The notes under the pieces are model-generated. The model worked only from the letters and a program-made list of their open reading frames with translations, was not told where the DNA came from and ran no database searches. The position numbers and the translations under genes are program-made. DNA of 63,999 bases, filler included, from Sphacelaria rigidula (lineage: Eukaryota), in the NCBI GenBank assembly GCA_964200075.2. It is 4 parts of 4 records of this genome, joined end to end, with 100 filler letters (N's around TTAATTAATTAA, not from the genome) between each part and the next. Parts side by side here need not be neighbours in the genome. Positions count along the whole stretch, not along the records: positions 48,193 to 63,999 come from CAXNAA020001583.1; 3 more parts are not named here. One strand, 5' to 3'. This document shows positions 60,939 to 63,999 of the stretch, piece after piece. The stretch's first letter is position 1; each line of letters starts with the position of its first letter.

Positions 60939-63178
60939 CACTGGAGCGAATGATGAAACGCCTCTCAGATCGTGTCTCATCAAGTTGTTACCAACTCGGA
61001 AGTATACAGTGGAATTGAATTTGCATGTACCTGACATGTCCCCGACTTTTGTGTTTTCTCCATCATGTGAGAAGATCATCAGCGTGGACGAATCAGGTAC
61101 AAGCAAATTTGACTCCACTTCACGTTGCTTAAGACGAACCATGCTGTCCCAGGGGGTTTGCTTCCACGAAAAATCGATCATGTGGGTGTGTCGGACAACT
61201 TATCACATTCGCCGTGCACTTGTGGGTGGGTAAAATTGGTCTTGTCTTCATGGAGAAGTGTCACCATGCAACATTATTCAACATTCCGGTTCTTGACGCA
61301 CGGATCGAGTTGTTCCGTTGTTCAAGACGCCCCCATCCGCCGCGCGTCGTGTCGTTTCCGTTGCGACGAGCAAAACCCCATTCAATCATCAGCGTACCTC
61401 ATCTGAAGTGACGCCTCTGCATGAATCGTACCTACAGTCCCGATGTTTTTCACGAGCAGGAACCTGGGGGTGTCCTCTTACGGACATGACCTGTTGCCCG
61501 AACGGATGAGCATGCAGGCTGCCTGGACACGGTGATATCGGGCGTATGATGGTACAACAAAGCGTGGATCACGAATTTGAAGGGTGTTGGAGAGAGTGTC
61601 GACCGTGTGGTACTCATGATGGATTGGGATGCTCGTGTGATGGGAGGGTTGCATTTCGCGCACTACATACAATGTTTTCGTGAGGCATTGTCTCGTCAAA
61701 TTGTTTCCGACTCGAAAACGTACGATGGACTCGAACTTGCTCGTACCTTTTACGCCCACGGCATATATGTCCACACCCAACTGGGGAAATATACAGCGTG
61801 GACAAATCAAACCGCAAGTTTTCAACACCAAAACAATTTGACAAGACACGGCCTCAACGCGGCCGTGTCCTATCAGATTTATTTCGACTCGAAAACATAC
61901 GGTCGAACCGAACTGGTGGTTACGAGGTCGACTCTGATATGTCCACGGCATTTATGTTCCTAGATGGCTTCAAGTCCATTCTCTTATTAGTTGCGCGCGA
62001 CGGGCAGGGTCAAAAACAGAAAAGCTCAGCTTTTTCGAGCGAAACGAGGGGCGGAATGAACGAAGCGGCACGTACTTCATTCGTTGCAGACAATCGTGCC
62101 AGATACTGCCCTTTCACAGAGGTATCCAAAACCTAAATGGTTCATTCGCAGCTATTGAATACCTTCTCAACCTTGCGGCATAAATCACGAACTCAGCACA
62201 GGAATACATGAACTGCTGTGAAAAATGTTTTCGTGAGACTGAGAACCGACGATACGATTGAGAGTAAGCTTGAGAGGAGGCTTTTCTTAGCTTTGAGCGG
62301 TCGGTTGTACCTGCATCATTAATGGACGAAACGCTTACCTCGCAAATTGATCCAAAATCCTGCCGTTTAAACTGTTGACGTTTCTCTGCTATTCATGCGA
62401 AAACACTTGCTTGCGACGGTGGAGAACCCTGGTGCGGTAACTGGTGATACGTCACTGCTCTCCATGCATGAAAATGTCGATGTCACGCTTGTTTGCGTGT
62501 AAATAGTACACAATGGCAACAAGACAAATGTCGTGAAGTGTTCCCGACAAAATACGCGTAGTAGTCTTGGTACCGTCTCGGGAATCCAGTCATCACTGTC
62601 ACTGACGGAACACCATCCCTCAATCCGGCTACGTGCAAGCGGTTGTCTTGCGAACAAACCCGTTGCGTCGCGAGGTCATATTAGGCTTGTTCGCATTCTC
62701 GAGCAAAAACTCACCTTTTATTTTGTGTAAATGACGCATTTGGCGGCGAAAGCCCCCCCCCAATGGCGGGAAACACCCGCTACGACAGAATCCAGCGGTC
62801 AACATAGATTTCCTGCATTATTGTCGGCGTCGTCTCGTATCCTGTTTCTTTCATCGGCGACCAAACAACAACGAAGACTGGAATGGCGGCGGCAGGCAAT
62901 CACTACTCGAAGACAGCGCACAAGTGATTTCAACACACGAACATCACCAGAGGATCGCGAATGATGTCTACGTTACCAAAAGACAAAAATGCCTCGTCGC
63001 ACAGGGACGGCTATCCCGTTCGTGATGGGACATAGTCAAGGCCCTGATTATCATCAGCACCGTCGTCCAAACTACCGCCGTCGCTGCTAGACTCTTCTTC
63101 GCCGCCCCGTTTCGTCTCGCCATCTACCGTACCGTCTACTACGTCTCTATTGGGCGAACAGCCCTGGGAACCAACGCG

Positions 63179-63660
63179 TTACACATCCGCCTTCCCCTCG
63201 AAAATTGGATATTGGCAGAGCAACTCCTCTCCCATACCAATAGGGCGTGTGACCTTGAACATTATGCCTTCAATGCTGTTTCGCAGTATCGACTTCGTCT
63301 CTTGAAGATCAACTACGGGGGTGTCGTGCTCCTTGGCGAAGACACTGCTGGGTACAACATTGGTGTCGTCCTCGACAGGTTCGGACGAGTTCATATAATA
63401 CAGGAAGGTCCTACGCCCGGGTTTCAGATACAACGTCGAACCCTCGTTCGACACCTCCCATGGCTGCAACAACTTCGAAAACTGAGGCGCTTTACAGATT
63501 TCGTGTCTAGGCACACCATCTGTTTCCATCGCCTGCCCTAGCTGAAGTAAATCGCACACCACAGCGGAACCCATCAACGCCTTAGGCGGTGAGTCTACGG
63601 CTTCATCGCCTCCACCGCAAACAGTCCCAGGCCTCCCCTGCTCGATTCATGACCAAACGT
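63179..63660 (-). pseudogene. Intronless compact SET-domain pseudogene
   Basis: The N-terminal SET motif ESSRGGLGLFAVEAMKP (63648-63598) ends in TAG. After a frameshift comes YYMNSS...TNV...IMFKVTRPIGMGEELLCQY, the SET C-terminal motifs. Confidence 0.65.
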
Positions 63661-63999
63661 GCGAGCACGGAGAGGGGGTGCGAGAGAATTCGGGAATGGA
63701 TACGTGAGGATGGAATCGGAACAGTTGCGGGCCGGTCGTCGAGTCGATCGAAAAAAATCACGATGTTTGTTCTATTTCGTGGGACGGATGTGGACTGTGC
63801 TGACAGTATCATCCGCAGCAGCGGAACACTTGTGTTCACTATTCATTTGCACTAATATTCATTATAGAGCTTTCGAGGGGGGCAGCTATGCTCGGTTTTC
63901 CGAGTTGTCGCCAGCGTTGCTTCGACACTTCCTACGATAGTCCCCCTACGTTTGTATTTGCATATGCACGAGCAACATTAAAACAATGAGTCGCAACCC

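Overview
This is eukaryotic, intron-rich genomic DNA, very likely from a brown alga (inferred from the gene structure, the ROCO/LRR architecture and repeat families resembling those of Ectocarpus-type genomes). The window is not one locus. Three identical 100-nt linkers (44 N + TTAATTAATTAA + 44 N) join four ~16-kb contigs (1-15966, 16067-32031, 32132-48092, 48193-63999). Contig 1 holds the 3' exons of a multi-pass membrane protein gene, a LINE 3' remnant and a foldback MITE. Contig 2 is mostly transposon debris (hAT-type MITEs with 8-bp TSDs, a tRNA-derived SINE, foldbacks) plus decayed coding DNA. Contig 3 has a divergent gene pair: a putative ABC1-kinase first exon and a plastid-targeted Rubisco-LSMT-type SET methyltransferase with a 9.7-kb TE-filled intron. 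Contig 4 is the highlight: an LRR-ROC-COR (ROCO) GTPase gene with two C-terminal TM helices. Its LRR region is a tandem array of ten ~264-bp exon+intron cassettes. Each cassette carries one 72-nt, phase-1/1 LRR exon whose solvent-exposed codons are hypervariable, while the introns are conserved, structured and mosaic. Disabled spare LRR exons flank the array. This matches the exon-shuffled candidate immune receptors reported in Ectocarpus, and it shows extra sequence features (intronic hairpin with a decoy acceptor, NNY codon pattern) that may hint at a mechanism. All gene models were assembled by eye from splice signals and motifs, with no database search.
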